The position numbers and the translations under genes were made by a program. A stretch of DNA of 63,929 nucleotides, the filler included, from Circinaria calcarea (lineage: Eukaryota), in the NCBI GenBank assembly GCA_051942165.1. It is 3 parts of 3 records of this genome, joined end to end, with 100 filler letters (N's around TTAATTAATTAA, not from the genome) between each part and the next. Parts side by side here need not be neighbours in the genome. Positions count along the whole stretch, not along the records: positions 21,602 to 43,062 come from JAVECS010000141.1; positions 43,163 to 63,929 come from JAVECS010000162.1; 1 more part is not named here. One strand, 5' to 3'. How positions within the stretch are numbered: position 1 is the stretch's first letter; each line of letters begins with the position of its first letter. Shown here one piece after another: positions 36,193 through 48,712 of the stretch. Under the pieces are notes generated by a model that did no database searches, had not been told where the DNA came from, and worked only from the letters and a program-made list of their open reading frames with translations.

Positions 36193-36458
36193 AAGCTTCA
36201 CGTTGTTTGCGAGAACAGCAAGTCTCCTTTGCGGCATTTCGGACTGGAAAAAAGACTTTTACAAAGTTATTTGCTCGGTAGAAAGCTAAAGGCTTAATAC
36301 GAGGTCTTTGCTGTCTACTCTGTCTTGATGCGGTGAAGTCTGTGGAGTTTATTGCAATGAGATCGGATTGCGGCATAGCACAATCCCTCAGATGTCATCC
36401 GACGCAGCCAAGTACAAGATCCATTGGGTATATAAATACAAAAACCAGAGTCATTCTA

Positions 36459-38095
36459 TCAACATCCATCTCCCCCTATCACTTCCATCTCGTCCTCCGA
36501 CAACTCAGGCGGCGTGCCTTCCGCCAAGAAATCATGCTCCAAGGCCTCTTGCGCCGAAATCCTCTTCCTTGGATCGAGTTCCAGACACCGCTCCAGAAAC
36601 GCAATTGCCTGCTTCTCCCCTGGACTGAGGGTCTCCTGTCCGTCCTTGGACTCTCTTGACCGGCATGTAGACCACAGCACAATCTTCTCCAACGTAAACC
36701 CCTTCTCCCCGATAGTAGGGATCGTGCATTCGAAGACGCTCCCATGGAGCAGAGCGCACGCTTTCATCTTGCGCTGCCCCCAGATGGTGGCGATTTCAAT
36801 CATGGCTTCCACATCGTCGGTGGAGTTGAAGAAGGGAAAGCGGCCGGAGAGGATGGTGAGTAGTATAACGCCGGCGGACCATATGTCAATTTTTGTGGAT
36901 TGCTCGGTGCATTTGAGGAGCACTTCCGGGGCGCGGAAGCCTCTTGTTCCTGCTCGGTTTGCTCGCCGGGATGGTCGTTGGTCGTTTTTGGAGTAGCCTT
37001 GCGTTGATGGGTTTCGCGCGGCGTAGCTGCTTTCGATTTTGGCGCGGCGTCGCGAGGAAGTTTCGCTGCAGAGGCAGTATGAGGTTTCGGTTCCCTCCCG
37101 CTGGGATTGAGTCAACGTGCTGTAGCCAGGCAAAGCAGACAGAGTTGTGTACCTCAGCAAGTCCAAAGTCTACAAGGACACCACGGTTGCGGTATATATC
37201 GTACAGGAAGTTCCTTGTGAAGTCAGTACCTAGTGTAGCTGAGATTAGAAACAGACGTACGTAGGCTTGATGTCCCTGTGCAGTATGCCGTGCTTATGCA
37301 CTGCGGCAAGGGCTCGAAAGAGAGACCGAAAATAGACTTGCATATCTTCAGGTAGCATTTCTCTGAAGAACTCCTGCGCAGTCTCAAATCAGTAGCGCAC
37401 ATAAACAATGAAGGTATGACATGCCCGAAAATCTTGATGTCGATAGTATGGTAGAACCGCGACGACCTGATCCTGACACCGAAAAGCCGTGATCAGTGGA
37501 CATATTGACTTGCACCACTTCAGGTCATTCAATAATTCCAACTCATTCTGTATTCGTATGGGGCTGCTCGTCACGTAAATCTTTTTGATTGCCACGTAAC
37601 GAGGGCCTTTGTGTTTTCCTGGGGAGCTGCTTGTTCCCTCCTTAACTGGCGGAGACACCCATACGGCTGCATCTGGGGAATCAATGTCCCAGTCATTGTA
37701 GTAATGCTCGTACAAGAGGTCTTCTGCCTTATAGACAGTGGAGAAGGTGCCTGTTGTTGCGACATCTGTTAGCTAAGCTTGTGGTGAAATTATGTAAACA
37801 TTCAAGCACCTTCCCCGATGCGATTTATCAACCTGAATCTCTGCGTAATTCCCTTGAAGCTCTCCTCAAACTTGACCATATCCTCCATAACTGACTTGTC
37901 TATCGGCCGGCGACTCTCTATCGAACTCTCCGAGCCATTGGAGCCCTCCGACTCATCGCCGCTGACTTCGTCCCTGTCAATAACGTCGAAGCCTTCCTCT
38001 TTGACGGATGCATGGTTATGTTCAGGTGTGTCGCGGGAGTCCTCGAGTACGTTGAATGGACTTGGTTCTCCGGTTGGGGCCTTTGACTTTACCAT
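36459..38095 (-). CDS. CDC7: Cdc7 (DDK) kinase
   Basis: Motifs RIGEG|TFSTVYKA, VAIKKIYVTSSP.RI.NEL, HRDIKP, LVDFGLAE, RANRAGTRGFRAPEVL. Confidence 0.95.
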
Positions 38096-38352
38096 GACCT
38101 GCGACTAGTCAATCCTCTCGGGAGATCGCTTCGTAATAACACGTTTAACGGAGAAAACGCCTGCAAAAGTGCCTTTAGGGCTTATCGTTATCAGCGGAAT
38201 CGCGTTTCACGTAAACACGGTCCGAGCTTTTTTGTTCCATCGGTAAACATTCGTGGAGGGAGAGAGTTTCTAACTACGCTGCATCATCAGGACAGCGACC
38301 GATTCTCCATTAATAGGCTGGTCACCTTCATTACGGGTTCTTACACGACGTG
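38096..38352. promoter_or_regulatory. Compact bidirectional CDC7/YCS4 promoter with forkhead-like and MCB-like sites
   Basis: 257-bp head-to-head gap with GTAAACA at 38211-38217 and 38243-38249, and CGCGTTT at 38201-38207. Confidence 0.5.
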
Positions 38353-41300
38353 ATGGAGTCTCGGACGGATTTCGACATCAATGAAGCGCTCAAATTTTAT
38401 CTTAGTGATCCTGCAACTATATCAACCCCAGAGGCAGATGGAGCTTTGGTCGATTGTGAAAACGATCCCGACTCTCTCACAAACGGTCTTGTAAATAGTG
38501 TTTTAAACCCCATTGTCGAGTCCGTTGCAGAAAATCCAGAAGCTCTGACAAGGAGCTCGACATTTGACTCATTACAGTTCTTACTAAAGTGTGCCCCAAT
38601 TTCTCTTTTGTCTGAACAAAATTATCCTACGGAGCCTGATTCTGAAATCTTTAAACTATCTAGATCAAATTCTCTCCTACCTGCCCATACCCTCGGCAAG
38701 ATAATCGACCTCATTATCTCGGGTTTGGCATCTGACGCCGATATTATCCATAATGAGCTTGAAACCGAAGAACAAGATTCTGTGCAGCACCATAAACAAC
38801 TGTTGGAGATGTATGGATTCTTGTTGCAGTGGACCATATCTGCAGTGGAGACAAAGGCAGCCGAGAAGCCTTCGAATATTGCACCTGTGAAGGGGCGAGG
38901 TACAGGCAAGGGCGGGAAGTCCAAATCGAGTGCAAAAGACGGAGTCTGGGAATCGGCCACTCATATCCAGGCCGCCCTAGATACGATGTGTAAGGTGCTG
39001 AAATTGAAGTTGGGGAAGGTCTTTGTGACGACTTCCGAGAGAGATACCTTTGTCGGATTGTTTACGCGGTCAGTATATCTGATTCTAGAAAGCGAGCAAA
39101 GAGTGAAGAGTACTGCCATAAGAATGCATGCTTTTAAAGTACTTTGTATTGCAGTCAAACATCATGGGCATGCTTTCGGTAGCTCTAATCTCTCCTATAC
39201 GAGTACTAGGCCTGCTAACTCTCGTAGGGGCTCAAACCTCAATTATCCAAAATCTTTCGTACTTTGAGCATCTTTCAGAACCCATGGCAGAGCTTCTCCA
39301 AATTCTATCCGAGCAATATGATTATCCTCAGCTTGCGGACGAAGTCCTACGGTAAGTAAGGCCTTTTTATCCAGTGTAAGGCCTTGAGCTAATTCCACGG
39401 TGTAGGGAAGTGAGCAATAAAGAGTTCAACAGTAACGATACGAGAGGGCCGAAATCCGTATCTGCATTTATTATTAAACTCTCGGAGCTTGCTCCCCGAT
39501 TGGTCATCAAACAGATGACACTTCTAGCAAAACAACTCGATAGTGAAGTCAGTAATACCACCTATTACTCGTTAGAGCGATAAGCTAATGGATTTAGGCC
39601 TACATACTGCGGTGTGCTGTAATAGAAGTATGCGGGAACCTTATTTCGGATCTCAGTAAGCAAGAAGAACGAAGTGAGAACTACAAGAGCCAGATCAATG
39701 GCTTTTTCGACATCCTAGAGGAGCGTTTTCTTGACATAAACCCGTACTGTCGATGCAGGACAATTCAGGTATTCATGAAGCTATGCAATCTCGAGCAGAA
39801 ATTTCCCAGACGCCGACAAGCAGCCGCCGAGCTTGCTGCCCGGAGTTTAGAGGATAAAAGCAGTAATGTTCGGAGGAATGCTATCAAATTGATTGGTAAG
39901 CTTGTGTCGACTCATCCGTTTAATGTCATGCATGGCGGACAACTGTCGTACAAGGAGTGGAATAGTCGTCTACAAGCAGTGGAAGCAGAGCTGGATTCAT
40001 TGAAACCACCAGCCGACTCTCCAGGCCTAGCAGAAAAGCGAGCTCGAGCTGACACGACTATCGATGATGCATTACTGGACGATGCAACAGTCTTGGAAGA
40101 ATCAGAAAATACCCCACCAACAATGACCGAGGAGCAGCAGCAAGCAGTATTGAAAAAGGCAGCGGAGGATGCAGCGACTTCTGAATTGATGACCAGACTT
40201 CAGCTCACGCGGAAGTACTATACTGAGGCAATTCGGTTCATCGAAGTCCTCGACATAGCTACCCCTATGGTTTGCCAGCTTCTCTCGTCCAAGAACAAAA
40301 GTGAAGTAATCGAGGCCATGGATTTCTTCGTCGTCATAGATGCATACAAGATCGAAGCTGCCAGAATTGGTATCCGTCGTATGCTTCGTTTGATATGGAC
40401 CAAAGGCAACAGCGATGAAGGAAAAGGTGTACAAACGCATCTTATCGATTGCTACAAAGGTCTATTTTTCGACGCACCGGACTCTTTCACCGAAAATGAT
40501 GCAGCTAACTATATTGCGAGAAATATGATCAGTCTGACATTCGAAGCGTCGCCAGCTGAGCTGACGTCCTTGGAACAGCTTCTGAGCACGATGATAAAAG
40601 CCGGACACGTCTCCGAATTGGTTATCACTAAGCTTTGGCAGGTGTATGGAGTGCAAAAAAAGGACATATCAAAAAACCAAAGACGAGGAGCTATTGTGGT
40701 GTTGGGGATGCTGGCTTTGGCTGACCCCGACGTGGTAATCACAGAAATGGAAACAATGCTGAGAATTGGCTTAGGCTCGCTGGGTCGAGCCGACCTTGGC
40801 CTTGCCAAATATACCTGTATTGCGCTTCGGCGTATCAACCCTAGTGGGAAGCAAGCCAAGGAGTCTGCTACAAAGCTATCCAAGCTTCCTAATGATCATG
40901 CCGTCCTTCTGAAACTGGGAAGCATGACGGAGATTGTCTCGGACAGCAAGGAATGGTATATCTTCTCCCACCCACTAGGTCCTCCCATGTGCTTACGAGT
41001 ACTAGGTTCGGAGTCGCAGAACAAGCAGTCGGCGCAATCTATGCTTTGTCGAAGCATCCTGATAATCTCTGCTCGGAGATACTCCGCCGCAAAACCAAGA
41101 CTGTCTTTCAACAACGTACAGCTACCCCAGCTGCACAGGAGACAAGTATGATCGGCGAACAAAGTGGTCTGCTAACACCTCCACCGGATGAGACTGACAA
41201 GGCTCAGCCACAGAAGGGGTCACTTGCTCTTTCTCAATTACTTTTCCTTGTTGGTCACATTGCAATAAAGCAAATTGTGCATCTTGAGTTGGTTGAGCTT

Positions 41301-42271
41301 GACTTCAAGCGAAGAAAGGCTGAAAAAGAGAAGAACAAAGCACCGAATCCCTCGCCGCAAAAGTCAGGGTCAGTGGACCAAGACGAGCTTGACCTAATTG
41401 GGGGCACAACAGAGGATGATTTCACGGAGGCTATGGCGCATATCCGTGAGCGAGAGCTGCTGTATGGAGAAAACTCGCTGTTGTCAAACTTCGGATCTCT
41501 GGTCACGGAGATCTGCTCGAATAACACTGCGTACCGGGACCGCAACCTCCAAGCCGCCGCCACTTTGTGCATGGCAAAGCTAATGTGCGTATCATCGGAG
41601 TACTGTGAGGTCAATCTACCGCTTCTCATTACCATCCTCGAAAAATCCCAGGATCCAATAACGCGGAGTAATGTTGTCATTGCGCTCGGAGACATGGCCG
41701 TTTGCTTCAATCATTTGATTGATGAGAACACCGACTTCCTATACCGGCGTCTCAACGACAACGATGCATCGGTCAAACGCACATGTCTAATGACCCTGAC
41801 ATTCTTGATCCTTGCTGGCCAGGTCAAAGTCAAGGGCCAACTCGGTGAGATGGCGAAATGTCTCGAAGACTCGGATAAAAGGATCGCGGATTTGTCCAAA
41901 ATGTTCTTCACAGAGCTGGCGACCAAGGACAACGCAGTGTATAATCACTTTGTAGACATGTTTTCATTGCTCAGTGCGGAGAAGGAACTTGAAGAAGATG
42001 CTTTGAAGAGGATCGTCAAGTTCTTGGCTTCATTTATCGAGAAAGTATGTTTAGCAATCCCTTTCAGCCTTGAATTCGTCAATGCTAATGAGCTGAATAG
42101 GATAAACATGCCAAACAGTTGGCTGATAAATTGGCGGCAAGACTCGCGCGTTGCGAGAATGAAAGACAGTGGAATGACGTTGCGTACGCTTTGTCGCTCT
42201 TGCAGCACAAGAATGAGGATATCCAGAAAGTGGTCAGCGCCGGCTTCCGCATTGTCCAGACGAATGCGTAA
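38353..42271 (+). CDS. YCS4: Condensin subunit 1 (Ycs4/Cnd1/CAP-D2)
   Basis: Motifs FDINEALK, DKSSNVRRNAIKL, LDLIGGTTEDDF, RSNVVIALGD, KVKGQLGEMAKCL. Stop TAA at 42269-42271. Confidence 0.94.
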
Positions 42272-42386
42272 TGACTTCCTTTCGGGGCGGGAACCGAGGG
42301 AATTCCGAAACGGTTGAAATAGGATATTATGTTCAAGGCGTTTGATATACCTGGTGGGGATTGATGGATAATTAGATACCCTTTGT

Positions 42387-43062
42387 TTACGCGGGTGGGA
42401 TTGTCTGGGGCTCGCCGTCTCCATATGCATCACCATACTGCATCCCAGCCGTAATAGCGCTTTCCTTTATATACAGCACAAACCTGAACGCTGTATTGCC
42501 GTTTAGATAGTACCGGTGCAAACATTTACTCCGTAGGAAACCCAGGCGCTCATACAGTTTCATTGCTGCCGTATTAGTCACTTCGGTCTCCAGGGCAATC
42601 TGTGTGGTCTGCTTTCAGCTCTCGCCTTTAGGAGAAGGGATTAAAGAGAGAAACTACCTCATCCGCATCTCTTTCAATCATTGCATCAATAGCCATCCGG
42701 ACGAGCTTGGTGGCAATGCCTTTACACCTATACCCTTCTCTAACCGCAAGCATGGCGATATAACCTCTCAGGGGGCCTCCCCGGTGAGGTTCCAACTTGG
42801 AGACTACGACGCCAATGAGGTTATCTTGGTCGTCTAACGTCTGCATGAGCTATCAGAATCCTTTACCTATGAGGCCAAAGAAGGGGGATAGGTGGGGGTT
42901 TGGTGGTGGATACCATAAAACACAAGTCCCCCCATTGGTAGAGGAAGTAGCGGTATACGTAAATGCTGTAGGGTTCGGAGAGGTCTTTGGAGATGAGCTG
43001 GCGGATGGCGGAGAGGTAGGTGGATTCGTTGGCGCTGTGGTATTGGATGTAGCGGAGGGAAG
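42387..43062 (-). CDS. MAK3: NatC N-acetyltransferase catalytic subunit, 5'-truncated by the gap
   Basis: LISKDLSEPYSIYVYRYFL, RGYIAMLAV...GIATKLV, LETEVTN...LYERLGF...LHRYYLNG. Confidence 0.93.
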
Positions 43063-43162
43063 NNNNNNNNNNNNNNNNNNNNNNNNNNNNNNNNNNNNNN
43101 NNNNNNTTAATTAATTAANNNNNNNNNNNNNNNNNNNNNNNNNNNNNNNNNNNNNNNNNNNN
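43063..43162. other. Artificial contig spacer N44-TTAATTAATTAA-N44
   Basis: Same 100-bp design as 21502-21601, with the 12-mer at 43107-43118. Confidence 0.95.
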
Positions 43163-43874
43163 GGTTCTAGACGGCCTCAGCCATCTCCATGCAAAGGGGG
43201 TAGTGCACCGCGATCTCAAACCCGAGAACTTCCTGGTCGAGATCAAGCCGTTTTACAAGGTCGTTATCACCGATTTTGGCTTGTCCAAGGTTGTAACTAA
43301 CAACACTTGGCTAACGACTTTCTGCGGCTCACTTAAGTACGCCGCACCGGAGGTGTTCCCCTTCTACATGAAAGGCCATGGGCCACCAGCCGACATTTGG
43401 TCCCTCGGCGTCATTGTTCTCGAATGGATATATAACATTCCAACTCCCCCAGATGCCCCCACGCCAAAAAAGAAGGGGGAGCAGGTCGCGCCGAAGATGT
43501 GGCGCAGGTGGGTGAAAGCTTGGCTTAAGGAGCTCCTCGACAAGCTGGACGATGAAGACGACGGCCAGGTGGTCGAGATCCTCCATCACATGATCGAGCC
43601 TAAAAGTGAGAAAAGATGGCATGCGATTGAATGTTTGATGCTTGGTTTCAAGAACGGCTTATTCAAAAGGAGAGCAGCCGATGGTCTCGTCGTGTGTGTA
43701 AGGGACCAACAAGGACTCGATTTGCCAACCGAGCAAGAAGACGACGGGACAAGGACACCGACAAGGACATTATCGCCGCAGCAGACACAGGCGGGCCTCG
43801 ATCCCGACGCCACCACCATACTGGAAAACATGGGGTCAGCGCTGTCAGCAAGCATGGAGGACTCTAGTTCCTGA
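43163..43874 (+). CDS. Ser/Thr protein kinase C-lobe, 5'-truncated (subfamily unassigned)
   Basis: VLDGLSHLHAKGVVHRDLKPENFL, TDFGLSK, TFCGSLKYAAPE, DIWSLG. No intron in the visible part. Confidence 0.85.
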
Positions 43875-44496
43875 CCGCCCACACCTACCTAGGTTCAGCA
43901 ATGGTGGTAGGCCCGTACCATGGCCCATCTTGCAGCCTTGGAATAGCACGAAGATTATGGTGTCACGTGTATATACAGTATCGGGAAGTTTTCCATCCTG
44001 TTATCACCAAATTTCACCTTCGAAACGCGCCTCGACAGATTTTTCCTATCCGGAGATGCCGAGATCCTTCTAATGCTATTTCTCTAATTATCGCATTTAT
44101 AGGTTCTTGTGGGGTCGATTATCGCAAAAAATGGGCCAAAGCTGACGCCAAAAGCCAATCGATCGATAAGCCAACTAGGTATACGAATAACATCTTTTCG
44201 TAATAGCAATTTTACTAAAAGCCACAGCGGGTGTCGCAGCATGAAATTTTTACCATAGTAATAACCACGACCGGCTTGCCTCGCGACGTGATGCCGTCCC
44301 TCGTCGAATTGCCGGACGCAGACGCACGACGCTTATGGTAGCTTGCTCACGCTGTTCGTGTGAGAGATATAAAAGTGGCAACACCGTTGCTAATGACGAT
44401 AAGTATTTTCCTCGGACCACTTCCCCCTAAGTCTTCCAATTCTTATTGCGTACGCGAGCTTAGCGAAAATGGTTAAAATCTCGTGCAAAATAGATC

Positions 44497-44609
44497 TGTC
44501 ACGGGGTCCCCCTGCGACTTTCACGGAAGGTCCGGGTTGGGGGGGCATGTATATTAAGGGCAGCAGCACCTTAGCATAGAAAAGAAGAAGAAACCTTGAC
44601 CACTTGACA
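44497..44609 (+). mobile_element. 113-bp solo-LTR-like element with 5-bp TSD
   Basis: Starts TGTCA and ends TGACA (TG..CA, 5-bp terminal inverted repeat). Flanked by AGATC at 44492-44496 and 44610-44614. A related copy lies at ~21140-21240. Confidence 0.8.
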
Positions 44610-45289
44610 AGATCTGATTTTGACCCGAGGTAGGTTTGATTTCCGACGTTTCGGGCTCACAGCACGCTTATCTGCAAGCTGGCTTTAGGCATTTATAAAG
44701 CGTACCGCTTTGGGAAAAAAGAAACCCCCCGCCCCCCCTCCCGACGAGTTGCTAAAAACAGCCCTTTATTAAAACTATAGCAATCATCCCGCTACGAATA
44801 TAAAAAATATTCCCCCTGGAGATTTCAACAAACCACCGGAAAAATCACATTCGAAACCCTAAATAGTGTAGTAATGCAACTTCGTTCTCTCCACCTAGAT
44901 AGAGCAGCAGTAGCAGCACAACACAGTAACAGTCTTCCGCTCCGATTCTCCGAACAAGGAAAAAGCCGTTGGGATCTTTCTCTCTGGGGGGCGAGGGGAG
45001 AAAAAGGGGGGTTTTTTTTCAGCTGATGAATATCGCTGTATTAGAAAAAACTACATGTACAGTATAGAGAGAAAATTGGGGCTGGACATTCACAAAGTAC
45101 ATCTATCACCTTTTCGGGAGAGATGAGCTGCTGCCAAGCAAAGTCTGGGCCATTTCCATTTCCATGTTCGCTGGAAATCCTTTTGAATCATCCAACCTCC
45201 ATGTCCGTGGTAATTTCATATCAGACTGAAATGCATTTAAGGATTTTCCATGGATTAGTATAAGACTGCTCGGGACCGAACCAGCACAT

Positions 45290-48213
45290 CTAGGCTAAAT
45301 AACTATAAGTGTTCCCCTCCTCCCTCTCCATATAATCCTTTTCAATCAGCCTGCGAAAACAAAACATTAGCATACGAACGAGAGGGACATCCAAACGACA
45401 ATTCCATACTTCTCAATGTTCTTCTTGATATCCACAGGGTCCAGAACCCCCCTACTCTTGGTAGCAGTGATGACCTCGGCGACCAGCTCGGCGTGCTTGA
45501 TCGTCTTCCTACTCTTCATGATCCGGACGATCGCGGCCTGAGTCTCGTAATGCCGATCGGCCGCGACCCGTTCGTGCGTTTCCTTGTTCTCCTCTTTGGT
45601 CTCCTTCAGCTGGATTTGGTTGATCTTGATGCGGTATTTGGGGTCGGTAAAGTTGAGATTGACAGTAAACGTATCCGTATGGCTAATGTCCTTACCTTTG
45701 GGCAACTTGGACAGTATACGGTACTTGGCGCATGCTAGGGACTGCAGGGTGCGTTCAAGCTCCTCATGTTCTGACATGTATCAGCAAAATATACAGTCAC
45801 TTGGATCTTCGGCTTGTATCGTATACGTACTGAGGTTGGTGGCAGCCTGGATATCAGAATAACTCGCTGGCTCATTGGTCGGCTTGTCATTGAAATACAG
45901 CATGACAATCGCCTGGAAGGAACTGACAATTATTTCCTTGTTGCCCTTTGGCAGGTTAGCTCTCAACTGACAATGAGCCAATGCGTGCTTCCAGGCAAGT
46001 TTTCGGCCACTGTGCTTAGCTCTGTAATACTCTTCGAAATCGGAAGTAGCCTTTTGAATGTCTCGTGGGATCTCAACGGCAACATCACCGTAAGTTGGCC
46101 AGGCTGAAGCAGATAAAACGTTGACGTTAAGGTCTACTGGAGATTTCTTCTGCCTCTCCTCAAGCATCTGCTTATAGGACGTGATCTCTTCTCTTGCTAG
46201 TTCAATGTCCGTAAACATTTGTTCCAAATTATGGGTGAAACCGGCTCCACACTCTTCATGTATTCAGCTTCTGCACCAACGAAACAATAAGGATCACAGC
46301 TATTTACCTGATTTAAGCCGCGTGAGCATGCTTTTTTCCGCATCAGCGCTTGCACTTCTTCCCATCAGTAGTCGACGGGCAAGATCTTTCTTGTAGAAGG
46401 CTTCGAACACGGCTTTTCCATGAACAAATCGGAACATATCCAAGACCTGGTCTAGTTGCTTGCTGATAGATGCATCCTCGTCTTCTTCGGAAATGTCTTC
46501 GTCCTCATTTGGAACACGTTGGTCACTACCGGAAGCCAGCTGATTCTTGGGAAGAGCTTTCATGCCACCTCTCAATATCATGTCAACGTATTTGGCAATC
46601 ATCTCTCCCGGTTTGGGATTATCGGTACCCCAGGTCATGTTGCTCTTCTTCGTTTTATTGATAAAAGTCTCAAATGCATGTCGTAGACTATGGCCAAGTC
46701 CCTCGTGCTTAGAGAATGAAACCTCCCAGATCGTGTCCAGCTTTCTCTTGAACTGGAGTAATCGAGGGGCCATTTCACTTTCCCGTTCTTCATCGAAAAC
46801 GATCGCGGACCCTTGGGTGTTAATGTATGTCTCAAAGGGAGGTCGAAGTTTCTCTGCAAGCCCCTTGCGCTGTAGCAATTCATAGAGTCGCAGCAGCGAT
46901 TCCAGACTCCCATGTTCCAATAGATCAAACACGCTCGTGCCATTCACTAGCTCCGCTTGACGATGTGCAATGAGGTAGGTTTCTAGGTGGTCCTTCAAAT
47001 ATGTTCTTGTACTCGGATCAAGCTTGAATTGATCACATCTCAGCATCTCACGATTGATTAGATTATGACAATTCTCGACATAGTCCACGAGGCTATCTTT
47101 CGAGCTCCGCTCTTGCGCCCATCTATCGTAGAACCTTGTAGACTCGCCCATTATCCTTGGCTCAACTTCTTTGGTGTAGACCATTAGAACATGGAACATT
47201 TTGATCGCAGATTCGAATAAGCTGTCGTCAAAGAATTTGCTTTCCCTTAGCCGGTCTTGTGATATAAACTCTACTGTTCCCTCCACTATCTTGTCTTTGA
47301 GTGTAGGGTCGAAAAAGATATAGGTACGGAATTGGCCAATGCCCATCTCCTCGATGGTAGGCTGGGAGTGAGAGTGAAGCAGGTAAGACCGATCCATGTA
47401 GTAGAAAATCGAGCGAATGGTATTCTATATAGATCAGCGATTTGCTCTGCGGAGCAGGTATGGCGATCTTACTAGTTGAGTACTCCATGTTGTCCAAGCC
47501 ATAACGGCAGATCGGAGGACGCTGATGTCCGAGTTATCACTGGTATTTCTGACCAGCGACCTCAACCTAGTCGACACATTTTCCTTGCATCTCTCACTAA
47601 GCCTTTGGTACAAATCCGGGGCTTTTTCTTGTCGGCAGATATTTTCAACGCCTCTGTAAAGTTCTTCGAGGGAGTATGGTGGCTTTTCCCCGCTGAAGAT
47701 GGCTGACAAGGCAGCATCAAGCTGACTCCAGACATGCTTATAATACTGATCAGGATTTGCTTTCGATGTTCTTCTGAAGTTCTTGACGACAAGTTTCTTT
47801 GCTCCCGTATGAGGTGTGAAGTTCACGGGGCGGACAGCGCCACTCATCCTCGGTTGCATGAAGCCCCCTTTACCAGGGCTTCCATCGGGCGAACCGGTGA
47901 GATCAATGACCCCTTTACTGTTTAGGCTGCCCGAGCTGAAGTTATACATGTTGTCGGGCCCGATGGTCCTAGCCTGGACCTCGTCTTTCACCTTGCAATC
48001 GTGGCTCAGTTTCAGACGTTTGTTCGGTGTCAATGTTGTAGGACCAGCGCCTTCGGAGTAGTTTGGAGGCTCGAAATTGCGGAAGAGCTCAGAGATGGTC
48101 TTCTGTGCGGTTGGATCGGCCAAGGACCTCTTGAATGTTGCTTTCTCTTTTTCTCCTCGTTGAGACTGGGTGCTGGCTCCGTAAAGGTCGGGCAGAGGAT
48201 TTCGGTGCTGCAT
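45290..48213 (-). CDS. CUL4: Cullin-4
   Basis: Motifs GAKKLVVKN, LEELYRGVEN.CR, IFYYMDRSYL, GKAVFEAFYKKDLARRLL, neddylation motif QAAIVRIMKSRK. The last exon ends NTYSYLA* (stop 45290-45292). Confidence 0.93.
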
Positions 48214-48712
48214 CTAGCAGCTACACAACCAGCTACGCCAGTGAGCCTTTGTTATCTTGATTCTGCAAAGTAATACCACCGAGCTCTTTGAAACAGCTGC
48301 CAGAAAAAGGTTGAGTTCTGTATGGAATAGGTCCGATGACGCGAACCCATTCCATAACGCACGAAGCTAATGCGATAGGGATACTACGATAAGAAATAGG
48401 GCTGATCCCTTCTCCGGGGAAATCCCTTCCTTTTAACACCAGGGGATCCATCCTACGTATCCTTAGCATGCAGTTCTCGAAGGAGCACCTATAGTCCATG
48501 AATCTGGCCATAATCTTGATATACATAAAGATAGCAAAGACTCTCCGTACATATTTCCACCTTAGAGTCACGTGCGACCGATTATTTCCTGTTGCCCGAC
48601 TAGGCTATTACGCCTTCTACGGAACTTTCGATTTCTTACATGTTCAATGATCACCATGTGTGTAAGTGTAAATAATGTACCTCTCCCTATTTACCTAACT
48701 CCTTGGTCTCGC

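Noticed and set aside
11925..48213. dim-5 and CUL4 (both DCDC/CLRC components) in one window as a heterochromatin gene cluster
   Set aside because: They are separated by two artificial spacers and many unrelated genes, so linkage is not shown.
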